DNA of 63,963 nucleotides, filler included, from Octopus bimaculoides (taxonomy: Eukaryota): the NCBI RefSeq assembly GCF_001194135.2. It is 7 parts of 7 records of this genome, joined end to end, with 100 filler letters (N's around TTAATTAATTAA, not from the genome) between each part and the next. Parts side by side here need not be neighbours in the genome. Positions count along the whole stretch, not along the records: positions 49,483 to 58,227 come from NC_069005.1; positions 58,328 to 61,989 come from NW_026372783.1; positions 62,090 to 63,963 come from NW_026337803.1; 4 more parts are not named here. One strand, 5' to 3'. Below the pieces are notes generated by a model. The model made no database searches. It was given only the letters and a program-made list of their open reading frames with translations, and had not been told where the DNA came from. The position numbers and the translations under genes were made by a program. Positions within the stretch are counted from its first letter, which is position 1. Each line of letters begins with the position of its first letter. Below, piece after piece: positions 51,781-63,561 of the stretch.

Positions 51781-53319
51781 ATTCTCTACTGGGGATTTAC
51801 CTCAATTTTTCTCTCTGAAAATGAAAAAGTCCGCAACTATATTGACAGCTTATCTTCCTTCGCTGAGAAATGCACCGTATGCACATCTGTCCTGGAAACA
51901 GTTGTAAGGGGCTAATTGGACATCTTACTCCTTTATTTCTTACGATACACTCTATTCCAATGACTCTATTGTAACAACTCAGCAATCATGTTATAATAAT
52001 ATAAATTCCATGCTTTGAACTCATATCAAATGAAAGGAATATTTTATTGTAATGTTGGCCCTGGTTGGTCATAATAAATAATAACCGATACCAGTTGTTT
52101 GCCTGTTCATTTTTTTACTTTCTACTGTATATATACAAACACCGTTGTAATCATGGAGAAGCAACAGATACCCGATTAGATTTGCATGTAAAATTTGCTC
52201 CGAAGTGTCTTTCTCGGTTAACACCATTGCTACCCAATTAATTCCCTCGGATATGGTTATAAAATGTATGAATTTTGTTGTGCTTGTATGGTATATTCCT
52301 AGAAGTTTACAGCAGCTTTCTCTTTCATACCGAACGCGGCGATAAACTTCGAACTCTTGACTGCAAATCCATTTGTAGTTAGCATGTCTTTTCTATTGCG
52401 TCAGCCCTTGTTGGAATTCATCCATTCACCGACTTTAATTCAGCACGTGAGTTCTTTCGAAAAGTAAAAATCTAGCTTTTACATCAGTGTTCGAACATGA
52501 ACGCTGTATCATGTCATTCAAAATCTTGGTACATCTCTTGTCCTATATTACAACTATTTTTTTTAATTTTTAGAGAAGTTTGTATAAAGTATAAATGATC
52601 AAATATGAATATCGCCCAATATGACACGATCCAACTTGATACACGTCAAAGAGACCCTTCCTCCAAGCGAAGTTTCTTTTCAGAAGCAGATAAGACATGT
52701 TATTATTAGACAGGTATATTTTGACACTGTTTGGAACAAGTACCTTCTCCAAATGAAGCGGAATGAAAGCTAGAGGAAGCTGATAATCTCAAGGGTTCTT
52801 CGGATTGATTGGTGCTGCCTTCCACGACCCTTAAGTCTACATTCTGGAACACCCCGAACTGCTGCCATATGAGAAGGAACAATTTCAGACAATCCGAATT
52901 TGGAAGGATCAGCATTTCCATAAATACCACACCGTAGAAAAACTTGATTGTGATGCAGAGAACTATACAACTGCTTAGGTTGCAAGAACGCAGTAAGATG
53001 GAATTGCCACATTTGATGACGAACAAACGGATTCTATCGATGAAGGTCGAAAACAATAATGTGTTTTTAAAGATCTTCTATTTAGAAGCAAGGACTCCAG
53101 TAAGCACAAAACTGGAAACAAAAGAATGATATCATTTGCTTATAGTAACTTCTGTCAAGTTCTTGACCTGTTATTTTATGGTTTCCCACATATTGCATTC
53201 CATAGCATCTTTAATAACCGCTGCCTTTGCACACAATCTATCTTAGTCTGTGCTTTTAAAGAATTAGTGTTTCTTGTTTTGATACAGTTCATTAGTGAGA
53301 CTATTCAACGCATGCCGAC

Positions 53320-53546
53320 ACATGAGTAAGTAACACTGTCTCGACTCATAGCACCGGCTACTTGGTTTCTAGTGTATAATTGACAGAGAACACAACAATG
53401 CCCCTGGACGTGACGCTAGTCTGTCACAGGGTCACTCATCTCAAGCTGAGGGAACTGAAGCGTTTTGCTCAAGAACACAACACACTGCTCGCTCTGGGAA
53501 TCGAAACCATAACCTTGAGTGCGATACCTTAGCCACTAAGCCATAC
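53320..53546 (-). mobile_element. tRNA-derived SINE, another family (E)
   Basis: Minus-strand head TATGGCTTAGTGGCTAAGG...GGTTTCGATTCCCAG, then GTGTTGTGTTCTTGAGCAA. Confidence 0.65.
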
Positions 53547-54379
53547 GACGAATGTGACAAAATTGTTAAATTAGTCATAAAATTTGATTACAAATTTTAT
53601 TTTCAATTGTAAATTCCATCTTTTATATCTTTTATGATTGCAGTAGTATCCAGTATTTTTTCTCTGGAGATAAGTAACGTGTCTGTTGTTAAACATTAAC
53701 TTCACCACTGATCATTAAAATCATTTAGACTGGTACAATGAATGGAAAATGAACAGCTAATAGAACGATAAACGTAGGAGATATGCTGAGACCAGAAGCT
53801 ACATTTGGGTCTAATATCTTTAATTTAGTAACAATTTCATCTTTACTAAAAGGAAAATTTTAAAAACTTGTTTGAATACAAAGTTCCACTAGAAATTTCA
53901 ACCAATCAGTTTTAAATTTTGTAACACTAATTTGATCATCAAAAGGTTAACTAATTAAATGTGTTGTTGCCTTCACTCCACGGTAAACAGCATTAATGCT
54001 TTTGTAATTACTTCAATTGCTGGGAGACGAGGGTGGGGTGAAATTCCTGATAATTTAATGCCTTTCTATAATTCATCTTTAATAAAGAAACTCTCGAGAT
54101 TTTGTATTCTAGTGATATTATTAAATATAGACGATGTAATCTTAATTAGATAGTGTAACCTTAATTGGAATTCACCATTCAATGAGTCCATCTTCTATAG
54201 AACCGACTGAAGGAAAATAATATGTGTTTGATTCCGTAATTGCTTAATAGCATATGAATTCTCCTGCTACCATCGGTAGCATCACTTCAGAAATAAAAGT
54301 AAAACATCAAATTGTTGTAATATCATTGTAACTATTATTTCTCAAGAAAGGCACTTTGTATGCGCAAGTTGTCGAAACA

Positions 54380-54539
54380 GCTTCAGTAAGGCTATGTGAT
54401 AAGAAGCTTGCTTCTGAACCACATGGTTCCAGGTTCAGTCCCACTGCGTGGAACCTGGGGCAAGTGTCTTCTGCTATAGTCTCGAGCTGACCAAGCCATG
54501 TGCGTGGATTTCGTAAACAGAAACTGAAAGAAGCCCGTC

Positions 54540-54585
<46 letters not shown>

Positions 54586-54687
54586 GTGTGTGTGTGTGTG
54601 CGTGCGCGTGCGCACGTGTTTGTGTCGGTGTTTGTCTTCTCAACACCGCTTGACAACCGTTGTTGGTGTATAACGTAGCGGTTTGGC
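54380..54687 (+). mobile_element. SINE family A running into a gap
   Basis: Head, body, GAAGCCCGTCG-(TG)n and post-microsatellite segment. Confidence 0.85.
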
Positions 54688-55240
54688 NNNNNNNNNNNNN
54701 NNNNNNNNNNNNNNNNNNNNNNNNNNNNNNNNNNNNNNNNNNNNNNNNNNNNNNNNNNNNNNNNNNNNNNNNNNNNNNNNNNNNNNNNNNNNNNNNNNNN
54801 NNNNNNNNNNNNNNNNNNNNNNNNNNNNNNNNNNNNNNNNNNNNNNNNNNNNNNNNNNNNNNNNNNNNNNNNNNNNNNNNNNNNNNNNNNNNNNNNNNNN
54901 NNNNNNNNNNNNNNNNNNNNNNNNNNNNNNNNNNNNNNNNNNNNNNNNNNNNNNNNNNNNNNNNNNNNNNNNNNNNNNNNNNNNNNNNNNNNNNNNNNNN
55001 NNNNNNNNNNNNNNNNNNNNNNNNNNNNNNNNNNNNNNNNNNNNNNNNNNNNNNNNNNNNNNNNNNNNNNNNNNNNNNNNNNNNNNNNNNNNNNNNNNNN
55101 NNNNNNNNNNNNNNNNNNNNNNNNNNNNNNNNNNNNNNNNNNNNNNNNNNNNNNNNNNNNNNNNNNNNNNNNNNNNNNNNNNNNNNNNNNNNNNNNNNNN
55201 NNNNNNNNNNNNNNNNNNNNNNNNNNNNNNNNNNNNNNNN

Positions 55241-55298
<58 letters not shown>

Positions 55299-56094
55299 CG
55301 GGTATGTATATGTGTGCATGTGTATGGCTGCATATATATGTATACATATAGATGTGTGTGTGGCTGTGCATGTATGTGTTTCACTCGAGTGTGAGTGAGC
55401 ATATACATATATGCACATGCACGTGGGTGTGCGTGCGCGCATGTGTATATACGTACATGCGCGCATACGCGGATTCTATTACCCTATCCGGGTAATTTCC
55501 CTTTATTTAACGGTCATTTCCATAGCATTTTTGTTTGTCTTAATAACTGACGAGATGCCGTAGCAGAATTCCGCCCCGACATCCGAAACTCTGAGTTTTA
55601 TTATGGCACCTGACTAATTGTGTGAAATCCTTGGTACAGTTATATTTGAAAGAGGAAAAATTGACTTCACTGATAGTGCTAATCAATTTAATTTTTAGAT
55701 GATATAATTTAACAGTTTGGTTTGTAGATCTGGTAGTTCTTTGTTAACTTCGGTGGGGAGATTTTTTTAAAAAGTCCTTCTTAACTTTTCTGGAGAGCTT
55801 ACTCACATTCGTCGGTGGCGGTTGTAAAACTGATCTCAGGTTTAATACCAGTCTTTAAAGAAAAGTACTAAGCTCGATACATTCGAGTAAAAACCCTTCG
55901 AGGCCGCAGTCAAATGATTGAAACAAGTAAAAGATAAAAGACGACTATTTCTCTCAAGCAAAATAAATTTTACATTATAAAGAGCAGGAACAATTTCATT
56001 TTCGATAATCACAGTGTCTGACAAAGTGCCTTCGACATAAAGCTTATGCAAATCAAAGTATCTCACAAACAAAGTCAAAATTAGAGTAATTAAA

Positions 56095-56305
56095 ACCAGT
56101 TCTTAAACATTTTTCATCTATGGACCCCTTTGACCACTATTGTATTCTGGTGGACTCCCATAGCCATTCAGTCTTTAAAAATTAGTTCTATCGAAACTTC
56201 TTTCAAAATTCCTATTTTGTTCTTCACACATTAACTTGTGTAGATTGAACTATGTAAAATGTTAGAGAGAGAAACCTAGCTGTTTCTGGCAATGCATCCC
56301 AATAA
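56095..56305 (-). mobile_element. hAT-type MITE, copy 2 (opposite orientation to 51498)
   Basis: CCAGTTCTTAAACATTTTT..TATGGACCCCTTTG terminus plus internal homology to 51630-51755. Confidence 0.6.
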
Positions 56306-56306
56306 C

Positions 56307-56495
56307 TACAATGGGGTAATGAAAAGTTCCTGGCTTTCAGGGTGTCGCGAAAGGCCTGGCTGGAGGCTCAGCCTTCCGAGTTCTCTTACAGGAATTAGAA
56401 AAACTGAAGGACTGCTGCAATCATTGTGTGAATCTGAGATTGGAATATCTTGAATGAAATCATAATTAACTGATCCTCCTGTATTTTCTTTTACC
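56307..56495 (+). mobile_element. Internally deleted mariner (irritans-like TIR plus last codons)
   Basis: TIR-like GGGGTAATGAAAAGTTCCTGGC; LEKLKDCCNHCVNLRLEYLE* resembles the Himar-type C-terminus KKLEGRYNRCIALEGNYVE*. Confidence 0.55.
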
Positions 56496-57037
56496 NNNNN
56501 NNNNNNNNNNNNNNNNNNNNNNNNNNNNNNNNNNNNNNNNNNNNNNNNNNNNNNNNNNNNNNNNNNNNNNNNNNNNNNNNNNNNNNNNNNNNNNNNNNNN
56601 NNNNNNNNNNNNNNNNNNNNNNNNNNNNNNNNNNNNNNNNNNNNNNNNNNNNNNNNNNNNNNNNNNNNNNNNNNNNNNNNNNNNNNNNNNNNNNNNNNNN
56701 NNNNNNNNNNNNNNNNNNNNNNNNNNNNNNNNNNNNNNNNNNNNNNNNNNNNNNNNNNNNNNNNNNNNNNNNNNNNNNNNNNNNNNNNNNNNNNNNNNNN
56801 NNNNNNNNNNNNNNNNNNNNNNNNNNNNNNNNNNNNNNNNNNNNNNNNNNNNNNNNNNNNNNNNNNNNNNNNNNNNNNNNNNNNNNNNNNNNNNNNNNNN
56901 NNNNNNNNNNNNNNNNNNNNNNNNNNNNNNNNNNNNNNNNNNNNNNNNNNNNNNNNNNNNNNNNNNNNNNNNNNNNNNNNNNNNNNNNNNNNNNNNNNNN
57001 NNNNNNNNNNNNNNNNNNNNNNNNNNNNNNNNNNNNN

Positions 57038-57078
<41 letters not shown>

Positions 57079-57589
57079 GGTATTGATCAGCTCGAGAATG
57101 AACCCGAAATCAGATAGTTGTTGAGCGAGCTTCTTAATCGTACAACCATGTTTTCGCCTGTAATTGCTCTGCAATTTTCCTGCCCTGAAATGTACTTTTA
57201 ACACTATCAACGGAAAAGATCAACGTTTGCAAAAGAAATGCTATATTCGTCGAAATAGCCAACAATAGGCAGTTCAACTTTTGGCTGTTTAGTTACTCTT
57301 CGTTGGTTTTTCTTTCACCGTGAATTAAGAAATATCAACGTTAGATTTAGCCACATCAAAGCATCTCTTATGTTTGTTACAAGTTCTGGGTTTCATTAGC
57401 ATAGATTAATTTACATTTGTCTGAGTAAGTTTGCATCATTACAATAGCTAACTTCTTTGTGATTTTTTCTTGTTGAAGCCAATCATTAAATTCAGGAATT
57501 TGGAGCCATTCTTCCATGAATTACTGCAAATATCATTTACTTGTTTTAATAGAAGTTTTATTTCCTCACTTGTTATGCGAATGTGACAC

Positions 57590-57960
57590 TGTTAGGGCAA
57601 TGGGAAAATGGCGCTGCTCTTATACAAGTCACAAAGCATGACAAACACCAACACAGAACAGTAAAGTCGCTAGAAACAAAGAGGCTAATATAGTACCATA
57701 TATTTATATCATCCAAAGCACCAAACTCCATATAGATACATCTATCGTCACATCGACGAAGGCTTGTTTCTATGTGACGTAGAAAAAGAGAAGCAGAATC
57801 CATAGAGCTGTACATATCTTCCATAGACGTTGCCTAAGGATCATTCTAAGAACTTCTTGGTAAAATCATAACACGAATAAGTCAATCCTGGAAAGATCCA
57901 GGTTGAGCAACCTACAAGATTATATCGATGTGAGACGGCAGAAGATGCCCGGCCGAACGC
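57590..57960 (+). mobile_element. RTE-clade LINE fragment (C-terminal RT/thumb region)
   Basis: STKLHIDTSIVTST..VT*..HIFHRRCLRIILRTSW*NHNTNKSILERSRLSNLQDYIDVRRQKMPG fits TKLRLY.SIV...ETW..FH.RCLR.IL.I.W.D..TN..VL.R...I..RRL.W.G. Confidence 0.72.
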
Positions 57961-57965
57961 TACAC

Positions 57966-58020
57966 ATCGGTTGTCAAGCGATGGTGGGGAACAAACACAG
58001 ACACCAAATACATACATACC

Positions 58021-58059
<39 letters not shown>

Positions 58060-58220
58060 CGGGCTTCTTTTAGTTTCCGTCTACCAAATCCACTCACAAG
58101 GCTTTGGTCGGCCGGAGGTTATAGTAGGAGACACTTGCCCGAGATGCCACGCAGTTGGACTGAACCCGGAACTATGTGGCTCGGAAGCAAGCTTCTTAGC
58201 ACACTGTCACTCCTGTGCTT
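57966..58220 (-). mobile_element. SINE family A
   Basis: Reverse complement of head and body with an internal (CA)n at the usual position. Confidence 0.85.
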
Positions 58221-58327
58221 ATATATANNNNNNNNNNNNNNNNNNNNNNNNNNNNNNNNNNNNNNNNNNNNTTAATTAATTAANNNNNNNNNNNNNNNNN
58301 NNNNNNNNNNNNNNNNNNNNNNNNNNN

Positions 58328-58718
58328 TGGGTTGGTGCATAATTATTGCGGCTTTTTTTCAACAAAAACAATAACAACATGTAACAAAAACTTATTTAAA
58401 TGATTATTCCTGAGCATATTCACGATCTACTTCAATTACTGCTTCCTATTTGCTTGGCTGACAGTCAGACCGTCATTTAAAGATGTTTTTGTTAAATATT
58501 GGGTAAATTTTCAGATTAACACCCGCACGATTTTCACTAGGGTGTTAGGGTTAGGGTTTTAGGGTCAGGGTTGGGTTAGGGCTTTAGGGTTAGGGACGGA
58601 ATAGGGTTAGTGAAAATCGTGCGGGTGTTAATCTGAAAATTTACCAAATATTGTTATTGTTTTTGTTGAATAAAATTTGTTAAAAAAAAAAACTGCAATA
58701 ATTATGCACCAACCCAAT
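58328..58718 (-). mobile_element. Internally deleted mariner with both TIRs, host of a nested foldback element
   Basis: TGGGTTGGTGCATAATTATTGCGG (58328) and CTGCAATAATTATGCACCAACCCAA-TA (58693-58719) are TIRs. The minus strand at 58465-58403 encodes PSK*EAVIEVDREYAQE*, a mariner C-terminus. Confidence 0.85.
58495..58652. mobile_element. 158-bp foldback element: 45-bp arms around a telomere-like TTAGGG core
   Basis: 58495-58539 versus the reverse complement of 58608-58652 match at 44 of 45 positions. The 68-bp core has six exact TTAGGG copies plus TCAGGG, TTGGG and ATAGGG variants. Confidence 0.9.
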
Positions 58719-58924
58719 ACATATATACACAGACAAATAATCAGACAGATAGACAAATAGATATATAGATAGACAATCAGATATATAGACAGAAAGACAG
58801 ATAATCTAACAAGATCGGCAGAGACAGATATATAGACAATATTCAGATAGACAAACAAATAGACAAATACTTAGACAGACAGACAAATAGAGAGATGAAT
58901 AAACAAACAGATAAATAGACAGAC

Positions 58925-59080
58925 TGATAGAGATGACAGGTATCTTTCTGTTTCTATTTACTAAACCCAGTCGCAAGGCTTTGGTCAGCCTGGGGCTAAA
59001 GAAGACACAAGCCCAAAGTGAGATTGAACCCGAAACCAAGCGGATAGGAAGCAAACTTCTTAGCTACACAGCCATACCTC
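58925..59080 (-). mobile_element. SINE family A, diverged partial copy
   Basis: CAAGGCTTTGGTCAGCCTGGGGCTAAAGAAGACAC..CCCAA...GATTGAACCCG..ACCA.G..GATAGGAAGCAA.CTTCTTA. Confidence 0.6.
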
Positions 59081-59137
59081 AGTTTAGTCTATGTTAAATG
59101 TATTGTGCAATTGGTTGCAGCCACTGTATGTGCGTGT

Positions 59138-59260
59138 AGGGACACGGCTTAGTGGTTAGGGTATTTGGGTTATGATCGTAAGGTTTGTGAGTTCAATTCC
59201 CGGCGACGTGTTATGTCCTCGAGCAAGACACTTTAATTCTCGTTGCTTCAGTCCACTCTC
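59138..59260 (+). mobile_element. SINE family D head
   Basis: GGCTTAGTGGTTAGGGTATT...GTGAGTTCAATTCCCGGCGAC...GTCCTCGAGCAAGACACTTTA. Confidence 0.8.
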
Positions 59261-59384
59261 GATTGATTTACCATGTAAGGTCTGGCTGCTGATTGGCTGA
59301 TAACTTGGCCTCTTGTGTGAACAAACCATTGTAATGTCATCGTTTAAACTTTTTAATTCAATGACTCAATTTTGAGTCTTGCTC

Positions 59385-59605
59385 CACTAGCAAAGGCTTT
59401 CTCCAGGCCAACAAATGCCAAATATTCTGGTTTGCATTTAACTAAATGCTTCTCCTGCAATTGTCTTGCCAGAGAGAAGGTACCAGTAGTATTTCTCCTT
59501 GCCACAAAACCAACTTGCATCTCATCCAACCTAATTCTCTTCCTACTTAATTGAACTACAAATCTTTCCATAACTTTCACTACCTGATCCAGCAATTTGC
59601 TCTTG
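59385..59605 (-). mobile_element. RTE-clade LINE reverse-transcriptase fragment
   Basis: KLLDQVVKVMERFVVQLSRKRIRLDEMQVGFVARRNTTGTFSLARQLQEKHLVKCKPEYLAFVGLEKAF fits KLL....K..ER......R....EMQFGF..G.STTDAIF..RQLQEK.....KPLYLAFVDLEKAFD. Confidence 0.88.
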
Positions 59606-59845
59606 CTGAGCACTTCAGGTGGATATGGAGCTTGTGGAAGGAGGAGGAGTAGAAAGGCGTGGGGCCGAGTAGAGATGGCTAATCTCAGGACTTTGAAGTT
59701 CAGGGAAGAGATTACTGTAGATATGTAGTGCTCAAGAAGTCCCCAGATTGGCAAAACTGAGACTCTAGAAACACGTGTGTGTTTGTGTACACATACATAC
59801 ACATATATATACACAGACACACATATATACACTGAAAGATACACA

Positions 59846-59912
<67 letters not shown>

Positions 59913-61689
59913 NNNNNNNNNNNNNNNNNNNNNNNNNNNNNNNNNNNNNNNNNNNNNNNNNNNNNNNNNNNNNNNNNNNNNNNNNNNNNNNNNNNNNNNN
60001 NNNNNNNNNNNNNNNNNNNNNNNNNNNNNNNNNNNNNNNNNNNNNNNNNNNNNNNNNNNNNNNNNNNNNNNNNNNNNNNNNNNNNNNNNNNNNNNNNNNN
60101 NNNNNNNNNNNNNNNNNNNNNNNNNNNNNNNNNNNNNNNNNNNNNNNNNNNNNNNNNNNNNNNNNNNNNNNNNNNNNNNNNNNNNNNNNNNNNNNNNNNN
60201 NNNNNNNNNNNNNNNNNNNNNNNNNNNNNNNNNNNNNNNNNNNNNNNNNNNNNNNNNNNNNNNNNNNNNNNNNNNNNNNNNNNNNNNNNNNNNNNNNNNN
60301 NNNNNNNNNNNNNNNNNNNNNNNNNNNNNNNNNNNNNNNNNNNNNNNNNNNNNNNNNNNNNNNNNNNNNNNNNNNNNNNNNNNNNNNNNNNNNNNNNNNN
60401 NNNNNNNNNNNNNNNNNNNNNNNNNNNNNNNNNNNNNNNNNNNNNNNNNNNNNNNNNNNNNNNNNNNNNNNNNNNNNNNNNNNNNNNNNNNNNNNNNNNN
60501 NNNNNNNNNNNNNNNNNNNNNNNNNNNNNNNNNNNNNNNNNNNNNNNNNNNATATATATATATATATAAATATATACACAACACATACATATATACACAC
60601 ACACATATTTATATATAAACATACACACACACACATATATATACACAAACATACACACACACACATACACACATATATATACACAAACATGTACACACAC
60701 GCACATATATATAAATACACACACACAGACACACACTTACAACTGCACCCTTCGACCAAGTTCTTGTTCAGGCTTTCCTTATCATCAATTATTTCATTAT
60801 CACCCCACCCTGCAACATTTTCTTCCTATCCGCAATATTCTGCTGCTGCTGCTATAAAATGAGGGCAGAACCAGACATGTCATCTTGTATGGTGACACCA
60901 ATTTTCTTTCTTCCTGTCTCTCTCTACTCCACTCACCATTGGTTCTTAATATTCTTCCTCTCCACTCACATTTCACACTGATCACCCTTTTGTTTTATTA
61001 AATTGTCTCACCTTGTCAACCACCATTCACCCCCTCCCACACTGCGCATTATGTTGGCCCTCTCCCCTGCTCTCAACCTCCCCATGTCTACCGTATTACA
61101 TTACTTTCCGGATACTTTTCACTGCTTTCTGTATTGTCAGTCATCACCTACTTTCCCCCTTCTCCTCAAAGCATACATCATCAATTATCCTCACCCTTGT
61201 TCCCTATACACTATTTCCAACCTCCAACACTACTCAATCCCTTACCTCCCTCCATTTATTTATCATCAACACCCCTTCAACCCTTGTTCCTCATTATGTG
61301 TGTGTGCGTGTGTGTGACCATGTATCCCCTCATCTATTTCTAATCTCTAACCATCCCTCACTTTCCTCATACACTCTTGTAACATCTACCCACCTCATTC
61401 CCTCTTCCTCTATGCTCACTCACCTCTATTCAGGGACCACCCCGACTTCTCATAACCACTAATTCATTTCCCTTCCCAGCTCCACCCTCGGATACTCCCA
61501 TACACCCTTCTAGAATGTGAGCAACCATACAACTCTTCCACAGCAAGACTCCTGCTCTGTCCTGCCCTACCCTCTTTCATATTTTAACCTCACATCACCG
61601 AGCATAAAGCTGTCTCCTGCTCTACTGTGGCCCCACCAAGTCAAAAGAGATCTTAGTTTTCTAAGCTGCATGGTGACCTTGTTATTGAT

Positions 61690-61860
61690 GGGGCCATGAA
61701 TTGGTATTAGGAAGGGCATCGAGCTACAGAAAGCCTGCTAAAGCAATTACTGGAGCACGATGCAGTCCTTAAACCCATTGGATCCTGTCAAACTATCCAA
61801 CCCATGCCAGCATGGAAGATGTAGTCTACAGCATAAGATGCATAGAAGGTATGATAATGA
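61690..61860 (+). mobile_element. Probable RTE-type retroelement 3' UTR/tail
   Basis: AGGAAGGGCATC.AGC...AGAAA...TCAAAC..TCCAACCCATGCCAGCATGGAA followed by an ATG/ATA-rich tail; pattern recalled from RTE-associated 3' ends, not verified. Confidence 0.45.
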
Positions 61861-61892
61861 CACACACACACGTTTCTGTCTCTCTCTCTCTT

Positions 61893-61989
61893 TGTCTCTT
61901 ACTTGTTTCAGTCATTTGACTGCGGCCATGCTGGGGTATCGCCTTTAGTTGAGTAAATCGACCCCGGGACTTATTCTTTGTAAGCCTAG
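61893..61989 (-). mobile_element. SINE family A 3' tail
   Basis: TTACTTGTTTCAGTCATTTGACTGCGGCCATGCTGG...GACCCCGGGACTTATTCTTTGTAAGCCTAG. Confidence 0.8.
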
Positions 61990-62883
61990 NNNNNNNNNNN
62001 NNNNNNNNNNNNNNNNNNNNNNNNNNNNNNNNNTTAATTAATTAANNNNNNNNNNNNNNNNNNNNNNNNNNNNNNNNNNNNNNNNNNNNGTTTTCACACA
62101 TTGAATCACCAAGTTGCTTGACTTTGTCTTATGTAGTATGTGAACAATGTTACCATTACTCTAATGGTATCAATATGAAGATTTGAAGAGCACCCCCCAC
62201 ACACACACTTATGACAAAATGGTTAAAAAGTGAAATAGGATAGACAAAGACTGCTTAGAAGTGTTTTAATATTAGATGGATTGTATCCATGATACAAAAG
62301 CAGCAATGGTGTTGGTGGTGGGAGACTTCTGTATAATTTCTATTTACCAAATTTCACTTGAAAAGCATTGGTAAATCTGAGACTATGATTGTAGACACTT
62401 CCTCAAGATGCCACACTTCCTAAATATTGCAGTAAAGTACCCTGCAAGAGCTATGGCAGTAAAGTACCCTGCAAGAGCTGCATGTATGCCACACAGAGTG
62501 TGTTCAGTATTACGTACGTCTGCAACCAGAGGAAAATTTCCACTTCATTTACTGCTCATGAGACTAGAGCTGAACAACCAGGGCTTAAATCTCTTCACAG
62601 CTAAGCAGACATAGACTCCTTTCCTTTGACTCTTTTGCTGGTTTCTGTCATTGGACTGCAACTGTTCTGGGGCACCATCTTGAAAGATTTAGCAAATGAA
62701 ATTGACCCAGTAATTATTTTTCAGTTTAGTGTATTTAGTGTACCATTCTCTTGCTGAACTGCTAAGTTACAGAGACATGAACAAGCCAGCAGCAATTGTG
62801 AAATAGAGAGACACAAATACACACCACACACTGTCCAGCTTATGCCAATATGGAAAAGTGACATTAAATGGTCACAATGATTA

Positions 62884-62929
<46 letters not shown>

Positions 62930-63041
62930 NNNNNNNNNNAATAAACTGTCATCTACATTACACAGAAATGAAAATAACACTGACATCACATTTTAACAGA
63001 TATATTTACCAAAATTACATAAAAATATCTTGGAATACTAA

Positions 63042-63145
63042 AGAGTGAATTGCATTATGGTGCTGTTTTTCTCACAGATGGTACCCAACTGACCCTACTA
63101 TACTGTGTAGTTGACAAAATCAAAAACAAACAATGTGCATGTGCA
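63042..63145 (+). repeat. Unclassified ~100-bp dispersed repeat, copy 2
   Basis: Homologous to 42971-43071. Confidence 0.65.
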
Positions 63146-63516
63146 AAACTCAAAATATAAAATGGCGACAATGTACCAATCACACTCTGTATATATGTAT
63201 ATGTCATACTTCTGCACTGTTACTGTCTACCAAATTTACTCCTAAAGTAAGGCTATGGTAGATGACAATTCTGTGCAGTGGGACTGAACCAAAGCCATGT
63301 AGCTGCAAAGAAAATTTCTTAATTGCATAGTTATGTCAGGTTTTGGGTTTCCACTTTCAACTTACAGTTTGAACACACAAAATTCATTATCCATTGTAAT
63401 TAATACATTCAGATTTTTCTAAAACATATCATTGATACTGATGTGGGAAATTATATGTAATAAGGAAATTAAACATATCATATTCAATAATGATTTATAT
63501 CTTCATGTTTCTTCAG

Positions 63517-63561
63517 GTCCACCCTACAATACTACTGAAGAGGATATCCAAGATTTATTTG
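63517..63561 (+). CDS. TPMT: Internal 45-nt exon of a thiopurine S-methyltransferase (TPMT)-like gene
   Basis: Acceptor CTTCATGTTTCTTCAG, donor GTAAGT; reads GT CCA CCC TAC AAT ACT ACT GAA GAG GAT ATC CAA GAT TTA TTT G = (G)PPYNTTEEDIQDLF(G). From recall, the penultimate coding exon of human TPMT is also 45 nt, phase 1/1, and encodes GPPFYVPHAEIERLFG. Only one exon is seen. Confidence 0.75.

Noticed and set aside
58540-58607. True chromosome end, or a CACTA transposon (CACTA...TAGTG borders the core)
   Set aside because: The tract is short, degenerate and internal. The CACTA/TAGTG are just the inner ends of longer arms and have no 3-bp target duplication (TTT vs AAA).
60800-61680. Several overlapping 60-150 aa ORFs in C/T-rich sequence
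   Set aside because: Low-complexity strand bias explains the lack of stops; at most a very decayed retroelement piece, with no motif I can support.
49383-63516. Linking the 48.8-kb promoter candidate to the TPMT exon as one gene
   Set aside because: Three artificial joins lie between them and no intervening TPMT exons were found.
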